From positions 82,560 to 146,559 of the forward strand of contig NW_015167630.1 of assembly GCF_001447785.1 (NCBI RefSeq): DNA of 64,000 nucleotides, in the 5' to 3' direction. The translations under genes were made by a program, and so were the position numbers. This document shows, in pieces, positions 24,191 through 36,900 of this stretch; position 1 is the first letter of the stretch, and each line of letters starts with the position of its first letter. A model generated the notes under the pieces. The model was not told where the DNA came from. It saw only the letters and a list, made by a program, of their open reading frames with translations, and searched no databases. The stretch comes from Gekko japonicus. Its lineage: Eukaryota.

Positions 24191-27145
24191 TTATGGCATA
24201 AAGGTGTGATAGAAATGATCTCATGATACTTTATTTCCTGTAATGCGTCAGTGAGTGCTAGTTGCCTGAACAAAAACAATGACTTGCTTCTTCAGGTGAA
24301 GTTGCTGCTCCATTCTGGCTTCCTTTTGTGCTGTGAGCCCATGTCTCAAACCAATCAAACAGCATGCTGTAGTTGGTGCTGAAAAGCGGTTTACTACAGC
24401 AGGGATCCACGGTTGGGAAACAGAGTGTGTGAACATCTCTCCCATATATGCCACTGTAGCTTCTCTGCATGGTTCTAGGGACAGCTGGCATGAGTATGTT
24501 TGAACCAGCCAGACTTTGGGCTTCCTTTATGCCTTGGCTTGCTTTATATTTACATTTTGATGTGGCGGTGCAATAACGCAACTGTAGATTAGCTGTCCTG
24601 AATTACAGTGATGGGTCTTGTCAGTACATTTGTTGAGTCTGCTGATCACTACCTCGTGGGAATCCTCCAGTGTGCAAGTTGAGCCTAGTAGCATCAAGTC
24701 AGGTTGGATATGTGTGATGGATCTGCCTTGTCAGACTCATGTTCAGTAATGACAAAGCTTTTGTAGCATTCCTGTTCTTTCAGTGCTATATTATGATTTG
24801 GATTCCATATGAAATCAAAGACCCAGTCTGCATTATACTTACTGTTCCGCATTAGAATAAAATGTTGCATAGAGCACTATAACTGCTATGTTAGTATCAG
24901 AGTATTCCAACCAATCAGTCAATGAAATTATGCAAATGCATTGCATGTCTATAAGGTATTTGAATTGAAATAACGTCATGTAAGCACATGACAATATCTT
25001 TACAGCTCTTTTGTCTCAGCTGCCACATAAGTGATTATTTTGAATGTGGAAGGGGAATACAGCTTCTGTGGCCGTGCTCTGGAAGTCCTTGTGCCTGCAG
25101 AAATGGTAGTCTGTGTTTCACCTCTGTTGGAAAGCAAGTCGCTGAGGAGAAGTACAGTACATTTCAGTGAAACACCTCCAACAGGGAACAGGGACAGGGA
25201 ACACATGCGAAAGCATTGTAGGGTATGGAATGCCAGCAGTCCTAATGCTACTTTACACATGTGGAATTCGCTACCAGAGGATGTCGTGATGGTTCTTCTT
25301 ATGTTCAATCTGGGAAGCAATAAAATTTCTTCCTTTCCACTGTTCACAGTAGGAAATCCAGCTGAATGTAGAGGTTTATCCTGGCTGGCTGGTGGCCTCT
25401 AGTTAGATCCAGGCAGGGGTCATTTCCTGCAGGAGCGCACAGGAGCGGAGCTCTGGCAGTAAAGAGCCCAGGGGGCAGGCACATGCAACAAGCCCCACCC
25501 CCTGCTCCCAGCAGCCCTCAGTCAGAGCAAGAAGCAGCCAGGTAAGTTGCAGAGCTCCCCCCCTGCCCAAAACAGTCCAGTGGCACCTCTAAGACCAAGT
25601 TTTATTCAGGTACAAGCTCTCCCTCCTCTGCTCCCCCCNNNNNNNNNNNNNNNNNNNNNNNNNNNNNNNNNNNNNNNNNNNNNNNNNNNNNNNNNNNNNN
25701 NNNNNNNNNNNNNNNNNNNNNNNNNNNNNNNNNNNNNNNNNNNNNNNNNNNNNNNNNNNNNNNNNNNNNNNNNNNNNNNNNNNNNNNNNNNNNNNNNNNN
25801 NNNNNNNNNNNNNNNNNNNNNNNNNNTCTTCCAGACTGTGTTTTGTCCCAGGGTAATTTTAATATTGGAAAGTTTTATTTTAAGCATCAGGGGGTAACTC
25901 TCCCAAATATCCTTTGAAATAAACATTCATTTGAATTCAGTAAGTGCTCACGTGTGTGTGTGTATATATATAGGAGTTATATAGAGTTATACCTTCTGCT
26001 TTAGATACGTGGAAGATTAATTGTTCTGAGAAGCTTCTGCCTGAAGTGCTCTAAAAGCAGTGGAGAAAAATGAGCTGGTAACAGAGGCAAAGATTACATG
26101 GAAGCCAAAACATTTACTGCAGTTCCCAAGTAGCAGACTGAAATGGAAGCAGCCAGTTTTTGAGACAAGTTGGGCAGAGGCTCTTAAGCAGAAAGCAGGG
26201 CAAAGAAAAGAAAGCTCACACCAGTTGTGATCAGTGAGCTCAGAAGTCAGAGGTCCATTTTCCTTTTGAAAACTACACTGAGAAATGGCCTCTCTTCCCT
26301 CATGTTGGTACTTGTACCCTTTCACTCTACTCCGTTTGATAGCTTAGTTTATTCCTATGGATACCAAGCGAACAAAGCCAAGGTTGCCGTGGGCACTTGG
26401 AGGAGAAATATTGCAACAACTCAACCATGGAGCCACTAAAGAGGCTGCCTTGCTTTCAATGGAACCACAGTTGATCACCAGAACAGGTTTCAAGTCGCAG
26501 AGGATGTTCTTGGCTGACTCTACCTAAGATGTTTTGCCAGATAGATGGGCATTTCAGACTTGGAAACTGGCAAATAAAGTTGCTATTCAGCTGAGTTCTC
26601 TTTTGTGCGCTGAGAGGTTTCTTTGGAATCTAGGATGGTAAAAGTGATGTTGCCAAATGGATACTTTTGTTAAGATTTAGGTCCAGTGTAAAGATTGATG
26701 GCACTGCTGAAAGGGATTATCAGTACTGGAATATTTGCATTTCCTAAGCAGTGTACTTCAGAGGAATTGCATTATCTTCATCAAGCGTCGAAGGAAAGGT
26801 GGCAAGAAACAGGAGCCTTTTTAGGGCAGTTCTGCTGTTCTGCTAGTTATCTAAATGCAGTTATATTTGCTATTTAAAATGGCACATGATAGTGATTTTG
26901 TTCAAAGATTCTTTATCCTTGTCAGCCTTACTAGCTTTACTGTTTGTGCCCAAGTTGTCAGCCTCACAAGTTTCCATACAAACTCATAATGGTAGAGATT
27001 ATCCTTATTCTAGACAGCGTTGCCAACTCAACCCTAAACACAGTTTATATAGAAACAAAGGTGGACTTGAACATTAACATACTATGCATAGCCCTGTTTT
27101 TTAGTGGTGGAAAAGAAGTGGCAAGCAAAGGGAGGAGAAGATAGG

Positions 27146-27345
27146 AACACATGAAGTTGCCTTATACGTAATCAGGCTACTGGACCATCAAGGTTAATAT
27201 TGTCCACTCAGACTGACAGCGGCTCTCTGGTGATCTCAGACAGGTCTCTCACATCACCTGCTACCGCTACCTGATTCTTAACTGGAGATTGAACCTGGGA
27301 CCTTCTGCAGGCCAAGCAAACACTCTACCGCTGAGCCATAGGCCC
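27146..27345 (-). mobile_element. tRNA-derived SINE (Squam2-like)
   Basis: Reverse complement of the 6554 copy. Confidence 0.75.
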
Positions 27346-27381
27346 TAAAGGGATAATACCCAGCAAGAGACAATGGTGTCC

Positions 27382-27501
27382 TGTCTACCTGATTGGCAGG
27401 TTTAGCTGCCCTTCCAGAGCAGGACTTGTCTTAATAAAAGTATGAATAAATTAACTTGTCTACCTGACTGGCAGGTTTAGCTGCCCTTCCGGAGCAGGAC
27501 T
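27382..27501. repeat. 45-bp duplication enclosing a 30-bp insert copied from 27858-27887
   Basis: Direct sequence identity; see findings. Confidence 0.9.
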
Positions 27502-28989
27502 GGAGCAACTACACTGATCCACACTCAGCTAGGAAGCCTGGTTTGCCCATGTGGGAAAGTGGTTTCTGTGCCAACTCCCATGGGTGCTGTGTTTGGGGGT
27601 AATTATTTTGGGATCTAATTTTAGGTGCTGTTTTAAATCCTTCCTGTCTGCAGAAATTTTTGAAATTCAAGCATCATACAGAGTAGATGCTTTATGCACA
27701 ATATATGTTAGGAATATCTATTGAATGATTATACTTTTATCATTTCATATAATAATCTGTGTTTGAGTTTGCATCTGTTTATCTACTGTGTTTTTAAAAT
27801 GTGACCATGTTGCCATTAATTTGTAGTGATCACCTTTTAGTTTTCCTGATGTACTGTTGTCTTAATAAAAGTATGAATAAATTAACTTTCCACACATTTT
27901 TCAGATTGCTGTGATAATTATTACTTTTCACATTGTTGTTTATTAGAGGACCTATGAGGAATCACAGTGGAGGGGAAATCCTATTTTTCTCCTCTTCCTC
28001 CCTGCTGGCTTTGGCTCTCTTCTCCCCCCCCCCTTGCCCCTTCTTCATCTCCTCCCTCTCCTGCTAACTATTGTTTCTTCCTCTGTCCTTGAGTTTTCAT
28101 GCATCCCCAAAGGTGTTTTATTATCTTGGGGTGGTTACCCCCAAATCAGTGTTTTTAAAGATTTTTCTGCAAACTCGTGGTTTCCCCAGGGTTCCACAAT
28201 CTTGCAGAATAGTCATGATTTGCTTGATAGCTCAGATTTGGCTATGGGCACAGGGGCCAGCTCTTTGTTATGAAATGTAGTGATTATTATTTACGGGAAG
28301 TCCTAGGAGAGCAGTCGTCGGGGAAGGGAAATTCCATTTCCTCCTACCCTCTTCCTTGCTTGTTAATATTAATTGAGTTTTGAAATGTTTACCCTTTTCT
28401 ACATAGTTTGTGATATCTAAAGTGTTTATTAATCTTCAAGCTTCCAAACTATTGGCTGTATGGAGTGGAAGAAGATGAACGTCACTTGAGTTTTTTATTT
28501 TTATTTATTTATTTATTCTATTTATACCCCACCCTCCTTGCATATTTTATTTATTTTATACCCTGCCCTCCCTGCCGAATCAGGCTCAGGGCNNNNNNNN
28601 NNNNNNNNNNNNNNNNNNNNNNNNNNNNNNNNNNNNNNNNNNNNNNNNNNNNNNNNNNNNNNNNNNNNNNNNNNNNNNNNNNNNNNNNNNNNNNNNNNNN
28701 NNNNNNNNNNNNNNNNNNNNNNNNNNNNNNNNNNNNNNNNNNNNNNNNNNNNNNNNNATCTTGAAATCTACGGTTAAGTAATTCTGGAGCACCGACATTT
28801 TTTAGTGTATTATGCATATTGTATTTTATATTGTTTTATATTGTTCATTGTTTTAACCAGGCATTTATGCCCCTTGTGAGCCGCCCTGAGCCTTCGGGGA
28901 GGGCGGGATATAAATGTAAAGATAAATAAATAATAAATAAAGATGTATTACTGGGCACTGGTTCCTTGGTCGATGTGCTGATTAGATGC

Positions 28990-29470
28990 TGTACCTCAGT
29001 CAAATGCTTGGTGGAAGACCTCTGTCTTGCAGGCCCTGTGGAATTGTAATAAATCCTGCAGGGGCCTGATGTCCTCTGGGAGCTTGTTCCACCAAAGCAG
29101 GGCCACTACCGAGAAAGCTCTTGCCCTGGTTGAGGACAGCCTAACATCTTTTGGGCCGGGGGGGACAAGGAGATTTTGTGACCTAGACTGTAGTACTCTT
29201 TGGGGAATATATGGGGAAAGGTGGTCTCTTAGGTATGCAGGATCTGGCCATATAGGGCTTTATAGGTAAGAACAAGCACCTTGAAGTGAATCCGGTATGC
29301 TATTCTCAGCTATAGGTAGCCAATGCAATGCCTTCAGTGCAGGCTGAATGTGCTCCCTCAAGGAAGGCCCAATAGCAGTTTTCTGCATGAGCTGTAGCTT
29401 CCAGATTTGGGACAAGGGTAGCCCCATGTAGAGAGTTATACAGTAGTCATAGTTTTGATTGCCAGCTGAA
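28990..29470 (-). mobile_element. L2 LINE 3' ORF2 fragment
   Basis: DYCITLYMGLPLSQIWKLQLMQKTA...EHIQPALKALHWLP is the characteristic L2 C-terminal region. Confidence 0.85.
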
Positions 29471-31428
29471 GGTGTTGAATCCAAACTTTGCAAAAATGCA
29501 CACTAAAGATGTCAGACATCTCAGTTTTTTGTCAGGTATCTAACAATGAAAGCTTATACCCTGGAACTTTCGTTGGCCTGTAAGGTGCTGTTGGACTCAA
29601 ACTCAGCTTTTCAGAAGAGGGGTGTGATCAAAATGATGGCCAGAATCCAAAAGAAGTGCTTTGGACTTGGCCATGGACTTCAGTGCCCTGTATATTTAAA
29701 CTATTAAGGAAAGTAGACCATCATGTCTGCTCATCACAATGCTTTTAGAAGTCTCTCATATTCAAACTTGGAGCTCCGGCACAGCAGAGGCAACAGAAAC
29801 TTGGGGGCTGTTGTAACCTACACCCTTCTATCCATTAATTGTATATTTTTGTAGTATTTTAATAGCCTAGATCCTATTTTAAGGACTCGGCAGTAGAAGC
29901 AGAAAAGCCCGCAGTTAATAGTGTTGCTCCTCACAGGTAACATTATGGTAGGAAGCCTCAGTACGAGGATATTATTACCAACAAAGCAAGAATCAAAGAT
30001 GATAAAAATATTTGCAAAATAAATGTTGCTTCCTGGGAGAGTGCCCTAACCTTGAAGGAAAACTATTTGAATTGGGGCACATTAACCAGAAATACTGTAC
30101 CACATGTTAAAATACAAGGGACCATCTGGGGGAAATTAGCTTATAGAAGGATGGTCTGTTAATCTTATATTGAGTCTCCTGAACAATTTCTCTTGAACAG
30201 CATATTAGCTGACTTTGAAATCAAACCTACTTACCGGAATTTGAATAAATTGAATAATATTCCCAGAATGAAGCAATTTTCTGAATTAAAGATGAAATGA
30301 TAAATTCTGTCATTAATTAAAAATACTTCTTTAAAAAGCAAAAAACTCCTCTCTGATGTCACAACTAAACCCAAGCCAAACACAAAACATTAACTTGGTA
30401 GATGCAAATTTATTATCATGTAGTCAGAAGTCAATTAAAAGATATTCTTGGCCTCCTGGTATTATTTATTGAAAACAAAAATTTCAAAGCATTTGCATCT
30501 CATTTGTACAAAGGGTTTCCATACTTTGAAATAAGATTTTTTTCTGCTGTTGAGGACAAAGTATGACAAGTAAGAAGATAATATAAATGTAGAGAAATAG
30601 TGGGCTAAACTGGGAGGGGGGGACGACAACAATAACCTACTTGGAGTGGGTTTTTCAATACTCCCTTTGGGGAGAATGATGCACTAGAGAGATGTAATGG
30701 GATATTTTCCTAAGAGAGCAACTGGAAGATTCTTATTGCTCAAGCCGAAATGCACTTTCTGGGAAAAGGCTTTCGGCTGGAGAGTTGTCAGCGTTGCTCT
30801 TTGGAAAGGAACGTGTGCTTCTCTCCGAAGGTACATATGAACCTCCGTCTTCTAATCGTGTTTTGGAAGAATTCCCATTGAGTTCAACTGATCTTTCAAA
30901 CAACCGTGCTAAGTGTCGTAGGATTAATTTACTGATCATTAAATGTTATTTGGTATAAATAATTAAAATAACTATTACAATACATTTTTAAAAGTGGAAA
31001 TACAATTTAAAAGTGAATGTTTAAATTTTTTTACTTCGTGTGATTCTAAGCAATATCATCAACATCATTTACTTGGACAGGAAAACAAGCTTTGAGAGAT
31101 GGGTGTTTTTGTGGTAAATCTTCAATTGATAATGATACCACAATGATAAAATGTACCACATTTTTTCACTGAAAGGACATTGTGTTGTTTTTGTAAGCCA
31201 TAAGGACCAGAAATAGTAACTGGAGTTTGGCTTCCTAAGATCAGCATCAGTGGTAAAACATGGCCCCATCTGCGGGTATTTAAATCTGTAGGTCAGGGCC
31301 ATGAAGAGCGAAAGAACATTTCCCTATGTACTTTGGGCAATCCCTCCGTTTTGCAGAAAAACATAAAACATTTTTTAAAATGTAGGAGAAGGGGTTAAAT
31401 CCACCCCATATGAAGGAGCATCACAGAA

Positions 31429-32960
31429 AATGCATTCATTTGTCTGTGCCATTTCCGCATGGAAACTCTGAGAGCAGTAGCGGATTCCTTATCTCCCAAC
31501 AAGTACCTGACGTCCATAGATCTTACGGAAGCATATCTCCATATGCCGATCCACACAAGAGGTATCTCTGTTTTTACATCTGTGGTCAGCACTTCCAGTA
31601 CAGAGCTCTCCCCTTTGGTCTTTCCACAGCGCCCAGGCTGTTCACCAAACTGATCATCAATCCTGTGAGTCATCTCAGAAGCCAGGGGACTCATGTGCAT
31701 CCGTACTTAGATGATTTGTTGGTCCAGGCCAGCACACGGCTAGAATCCATACAAAACACAGAAAAGACCCTACAGTGTCTGCGCAGTCATGGATTTCTAA
31801 TCAATCTCGAGAAGAGCTCTTTAATTCCATGTCAGCACCTGGGTCAGACACCTGGGTGCGGTGATCGACACCACGCATGCTGCCCTGTTTCTACCAAGGT
31901 CCAAGGCACAGAAGATCAAGACCATCGCTACACAGGTCTACCACTGCAGATCTTCAGCCTTGATGGAGTTGGCCAGTCTTCTGGGTCTCATGATTGCCAG
32001 CATCGACATGATCCAAGGGGGCCATATGCATGCCAGACCATTGCAAATGTTTCTTCGCCCTCATCAGCTAAACATCATACAAAGGAAGACGATCAACCTG
32101 CAGGTTCCCCTCAAGGTCAAGGAAAGCCTGCGTTGGTGGACGGACATGAAGAACCTTACCACTGGGAAGAACTACTATGTTTGTCACACCATGGAGCTGT
32201 TCACTGACGCCAGTCTCCAGGGCTGGGGGGCGACGCTAGAGGGTGTTTCGGTCCAAGGGATCTGGTCACCAGCCGAGAGGTCTCTTCCGAACAATCTTCT
32301 GGAAATAAGGGTGATTCGTTTAGCTCTGATCCACTTCACCTTCCGGCTGCAGGGACAACACGTGTTGGTGAGAATGGACAACATTTCTGCCAAAGCTTAT
32401 CTAAACAAGCAGGGAGGTTCCCGATCCTGCCAACTGCACAAGGAGGCAATGAAGATGCTCATCTGGGCAGAGAGAAGTATTGCTTCCTTGAGGGCGTAAC
32501 ACATAAGAGGGATCAAGAACGTCCAGGCAGACTGGCTCAGCAGGGAAACGTTGCAGGAGGGAGAATGGGCTCTCCATCCAAACTTTTTCATCAGGTTAGT
32601 GAAACATTTCGGACAACCTATACTGGGCTTGTTTGCTTCACCAAAGAACCACAAGCTGTTGAGATTTTATAGCAGATACTTCCATCAGGACGCAGGGGCA
32701 ATGGATGCCCTCACGACGAGATGGCCTCAGGGATTGCTGTACGTGTTTCCGCCATTTATCCTGATATCCAGGACTCTCCGCAGAATCAGGGAACTCAAGG
32801 CGGAGGTCATCTTGGTGGGCGACATGTCCATGGTTTTCGGAACTGCAGAAGATGTCGATCCTTCCACCGTTGGTCTTACCGGTGTCTCCAGACATGATCT
32901 CCCAGGGACCAGTGTGGCACCCGGATCCGGCCTGGTTATGTCTGACCGCGTGGAGATTGA
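31429..32960 (+). pseudogene. DIRS pol-like ORF (RT-RNaseH-MT), frameshifted, with a stop at 32497-32499
   Basis: Pieces in ORFs 31459-31653, 31410-32207, 31861-32499 and 32551-33378; LRA*HIRGIKNVQADWLSR reads through the stop. Confidence 0.9.
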
Positions 32961-33930
32961 GCGGCACAGCTTAGCAGAGTTGGGATTCTCTACCCAGGTC
33001 ATGGACACTATCATGGCTTCCAGACGGAAATCCACGACTCATATATACAACACTACCTGGAAGGCCTTCGTCAGATGGTGTAGGCGCAAGAAGGTAACTG
33101 CGCTATCTCCATCTGTAGCTTCGCTTCTGTCATTCTTGCAGGGTGGATTGGATGCAGGTCTCCAAGCCTCCACTCTACGTAGACAGCTGGCGATGTTATC
33201 AACGGTCCTACCTTCTTTGGAGGGTTTCAAGATTACCAAGCACCCCCATATTTGTTTATTTTTGCAGGGGGCTGTGGCCAAATCTCCTCCACAAATGCAT
33301 CACTTTCCTACGTGGAGATTGAACATTGTGCTTGATGCTCTCATGAAAGCGCCATTTGAACCTCTCAGGGAGGTCTGAAATGGCTGAGAATGAAGACCTT
33401 GTTTCTCGTTGCCATCACGTCGGCAAGGAAAGTTTCTGAACTTGGTGCATTGTCAGTAAAGTCATCCTGCTGCATGTTCCACAAGGACAAGGTGGTGCTT
33501 CTGACGGATCCTACGTTCCGGCCCAAGGTGTATTCCAGATTTCACTGGTCACAAGAAATATGTCTACCCATCTTCTGTCCTCACCCCAAACACCCTAAGG
33601 AACATCTCTGGCACACCTTAGATGTTAAAAGAGCCCTCAAGATTTACATTGCAAGGACGGAGTCTTGGAGGAAGACTGAATCTTTGTTCATAGGTATTTC
33701 CCCACCACGCAAAGGGGAAAAGATGTCGAGATCAACTATCAGTTCAGTTTTGAAGTCCTGCATTGTGGAAACTTACCGGGCTTCTGGACGTGATCCTCCC
33801 AGTGGCATCACGGCACATTCACCAATGCAGCGTTGTTTAACAGGGCATCAGTGGAGGAAGTCTGTAGAGCTGCAACGTGGTCCTCCATCTCTACCTTTAC
33901 AAGACATTACAAGATCCACACTGTAGCATC
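32950..33930 (+). pseudogene. DIRS tyrosine recombinase, disrupted
   Basis: RRKSTTHIYNTTWKAF N-terminal domain, MKTLFLVAITSARKVSEL, ITAHS followed by a frameshift, then TWSSISTFTRHY in another frame. Confidence 0.9.
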
Positions 33931-36900
33931 TTCAGATGCAGCTTTCGGGAGTTCTTCAGCACGCCGTGACATTGGAGGAAGATGACGACCCACCCGAATG
34001 AGGGACACTGCTCAGGGAGGTCCCATGGAGATGTCCTCCACCTCAGAGGGAGAACGACCATTGGACACTTACTGTGAAGGGTCCTTCTCCTCTGAGGACA
34101 GGAGGACATCTCGGCCCTCCCACTGTCATCTTTCTCTGTTTTTATTTCTCTGTGCTGATTTCTTCTCTCGCTCTGTATTACTCTTACTCTGGGGTTTCTC
34201 TACCCTGCAGAATTGGGTTGTTACATGTTGAAGTTAATGTTCACAGTTATATTTTATAGGGCAAGGCCAGTTATTTCAGGCTACAGGCACTGCTTTCGGA
34301 GTCCCAGAACTGGAGATGGGCTATTCCGGATGCACCAACAGGATGGGGAAAAAACTATTTCCTGCCTCCCTAAAGGCACAGTGGGAATAACCCATGGAGA
34401 TGTCCTCCTGTCCTCAGAGGAGAATGACCCTTCACGGTAAGTGTCCAATGGTCATTCCCTCTCTTAGGTCCCCACTTTTTTACGTCTAATTGCCATGCAT
34501 TCAAAAGCTTTTGAGGAAACTAATAAGTGTTACTGGTTGCCCACATGCTGATGCAGCCAACTGAAGCTGAGGAGTAAACTCGTGGGGAAACTAGAGGATG
34601 TCTGCCACAAATTTTGCTTTCTCAGTACGTCTTATACAAACTATATGCCAGAACCTGACTCTTTCAGCAATGTGCATTGCTGAAAGCAGTGCATAAATGT
34701 TCTGTGGGTGAGAAGGCCATTGAGATAACTGTCCTATCAAGGCAGCATCTGCATTTCTGACCAGGGTTTAAAACACCGAAGAGAGGTGGAGATTCTTCCT
34801 ATGCATGGAAAACACACAGGAGAGGTCTCTTACTTCTGAGGACTGTTACTATGATACTTTAGGCTACTGCAAAGTGTCCTTTACACATACAGTGAATCTC
34901 TTCTGCCTCAGACTGTGGTCAAGACAAACTGATATGTGTTTACTAATGATTGTTACCTTTATGTTGTAAACTGCCATGGAAGTCACTACAGAAATGATGA
35001 ATTTTGGTAGATTTTATGCATATGAAAAGTTTTATTGAGGAGTGCATCCCTTATGATTGTGTGTTTCTCTTGATGGAAATAGGGTGTTAGGAGGACATCT
35101 CCTTGTTCTTCCCCATTTTCAAACTGCACACCTAAGAACTTTGCTTCCAAGGAGTAGGAGCTACCATGTATGTTATTTTTTGAAGTTTATGTCTGCAAAT
35201 AGCTGCTCACGTGATGGGCTACTCTGTCTGAGCTGTATAACATCCGAAAATCTAAGGTAGAGCCTCATGGATTTCAAGATAATCGAATAGAGATTCAGAA
35301 GATGGCGCCATTTCTCTACCATAATATTTTGGCATCTTCATGTATGCCCAAATACAGGTCAAAGGTTTTGTTTTGTTTTTAATTATGAGATCCCATTCAG
35401 TGCATTCAGATAATGTTCCAGACTCGGTGCTTAATTTCTTGTTTCTTTTCATTTGCTTAGAAATAGCAGTCTGGCATGTGTACACCATTCACTATGAGAA
35501 TGCCGTTCTTTGGGATCAAGACCCATATGGACACCTGCTGCTTTTCTAGAGACTTAGAGAGTTGGTGATCCAGATGTCAGTTCTGGGAGGTTGTCTCATC
35601 CAAACTTAATTCCTCCTTATGGCAGCTTAATAAACGTTACAAAGTTTCAGCAAACTTTCTTCTGAACTGCTGTACTGAATTTCTTTGCAACAAATGCATG
35701 ATCANNNNNNNNNNNNNNNNGAGCATCTGTGGATCCAAGTCCTCGAATCGCTTAACATGGTCATTTCTATGAATCATGGGTGCGTGCTGTAGCGATGTAC
35801 ACCTTTTCTGCTTAGATGTTCAGATTGTGACTATTGTCTTCAAAAGGGCGCTGTATATTGTTTTATTTATTTGTTTGTTTGTATTATTTATTGTCCACCT
35901 TTCTCACAGGGACTCAGGATGGACAACTCATGGTGAGCCAGTACAATCAACAAAATGGGACATTCATTAGCCAGTGCATTAGGATTTTAGAAGTCGAACT
36001 ACCAGAAAGAACTGAAGCAGAGCAGAAGTATTCACATAATGCATTAAGCAGTACAGAGATTACATAAATAGGATCCTACTTACAATAAGCTATACACAAC
36101 ATTATATAGACCACAGCCCCTCCTCATTGAGCCAAGCAAGTTTGTGAAGCCATTTTGTGCAGTGCAACCCTATTACCTGTTGAGAACTGATGCTGCTCCT
36201 TCCACTCTAGGGATGCTTCCCTTATTTGCTGTGAATCCCTCTTGCGTGTTTTTAGGTGTCCCTGCCTATCAGAACACATTTGTGTAAGCGCTGCTTTCAC
36301 GGAACATGTGGCTGCTGGATCCATTTGGGGTGCTACTTTAATCCCAAGAAATCACACAGCCTTGCTTGTACTCTTTCTTCTTATGTGGCCCCTGTATGCT
36401 CAAAGCCATTCTTCTTGTTTTATGATACTGAAGGTTCAGAAGTAGTCTGAATTTAAATAAATAAATGCCATTTTCAGCCAAAGCATACAGTTATGTAAAC
36501 ACAATGGCACCCAGTTTCTCCTGTCCACCCTATTTCTACTCTACATTCTCAAGCAAAATCAAGCAGCAGCCATTCACTTCTATGTGAGCGTGTACAGTAC
36601 TGCACTTGAGAACCATGCTGAGGCAGGAGCCAAATTCTTCTTCCTCTTTGGGAGAAAATTGTTGGATAGTATAACTCTGCATGCAAGAGGATCTGGGGCA
36701 GAAAGTTTAAGAGTATTCTCTCGCTCGCTCGCTCTCTCACACACACAAACACACAGATGGCAGTTTGTTTATTTATACTTTCAATTTCTATACTGCTCAA
36801 TCCCGGAGGCTCTGAGCAGTTTACAAGCATATTACATTTCCTAACTAGGGCCACATACAATGTATATATATATAGGGAGGTGGGTGCCTACTAGGCACCC

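Larger units (their letters stand above)
31420..34456 (+). mobile_element. DIRS1-like tyrosine-recombinase retrotransposon, 5'-deleted and degenerate
   Basis: RT (SIDLTEAYLH, ALPFGLSTAPRLFTK, YLDD), RNase H (FTDASLQGWGA, MDN), MT-like domain (LFAS, YVFPPF), YR (AITSARKVSEL, ITAHS), ICR 34022-34112 and right terminal repeat. Confidence 0.95.

Noticed and set aside
30733-30939. Nested antisense gene (68-aa ORF)
   Set aside because: No recognisable homology or supporting exons, and several frames are open; kept only as the hairpin finding.
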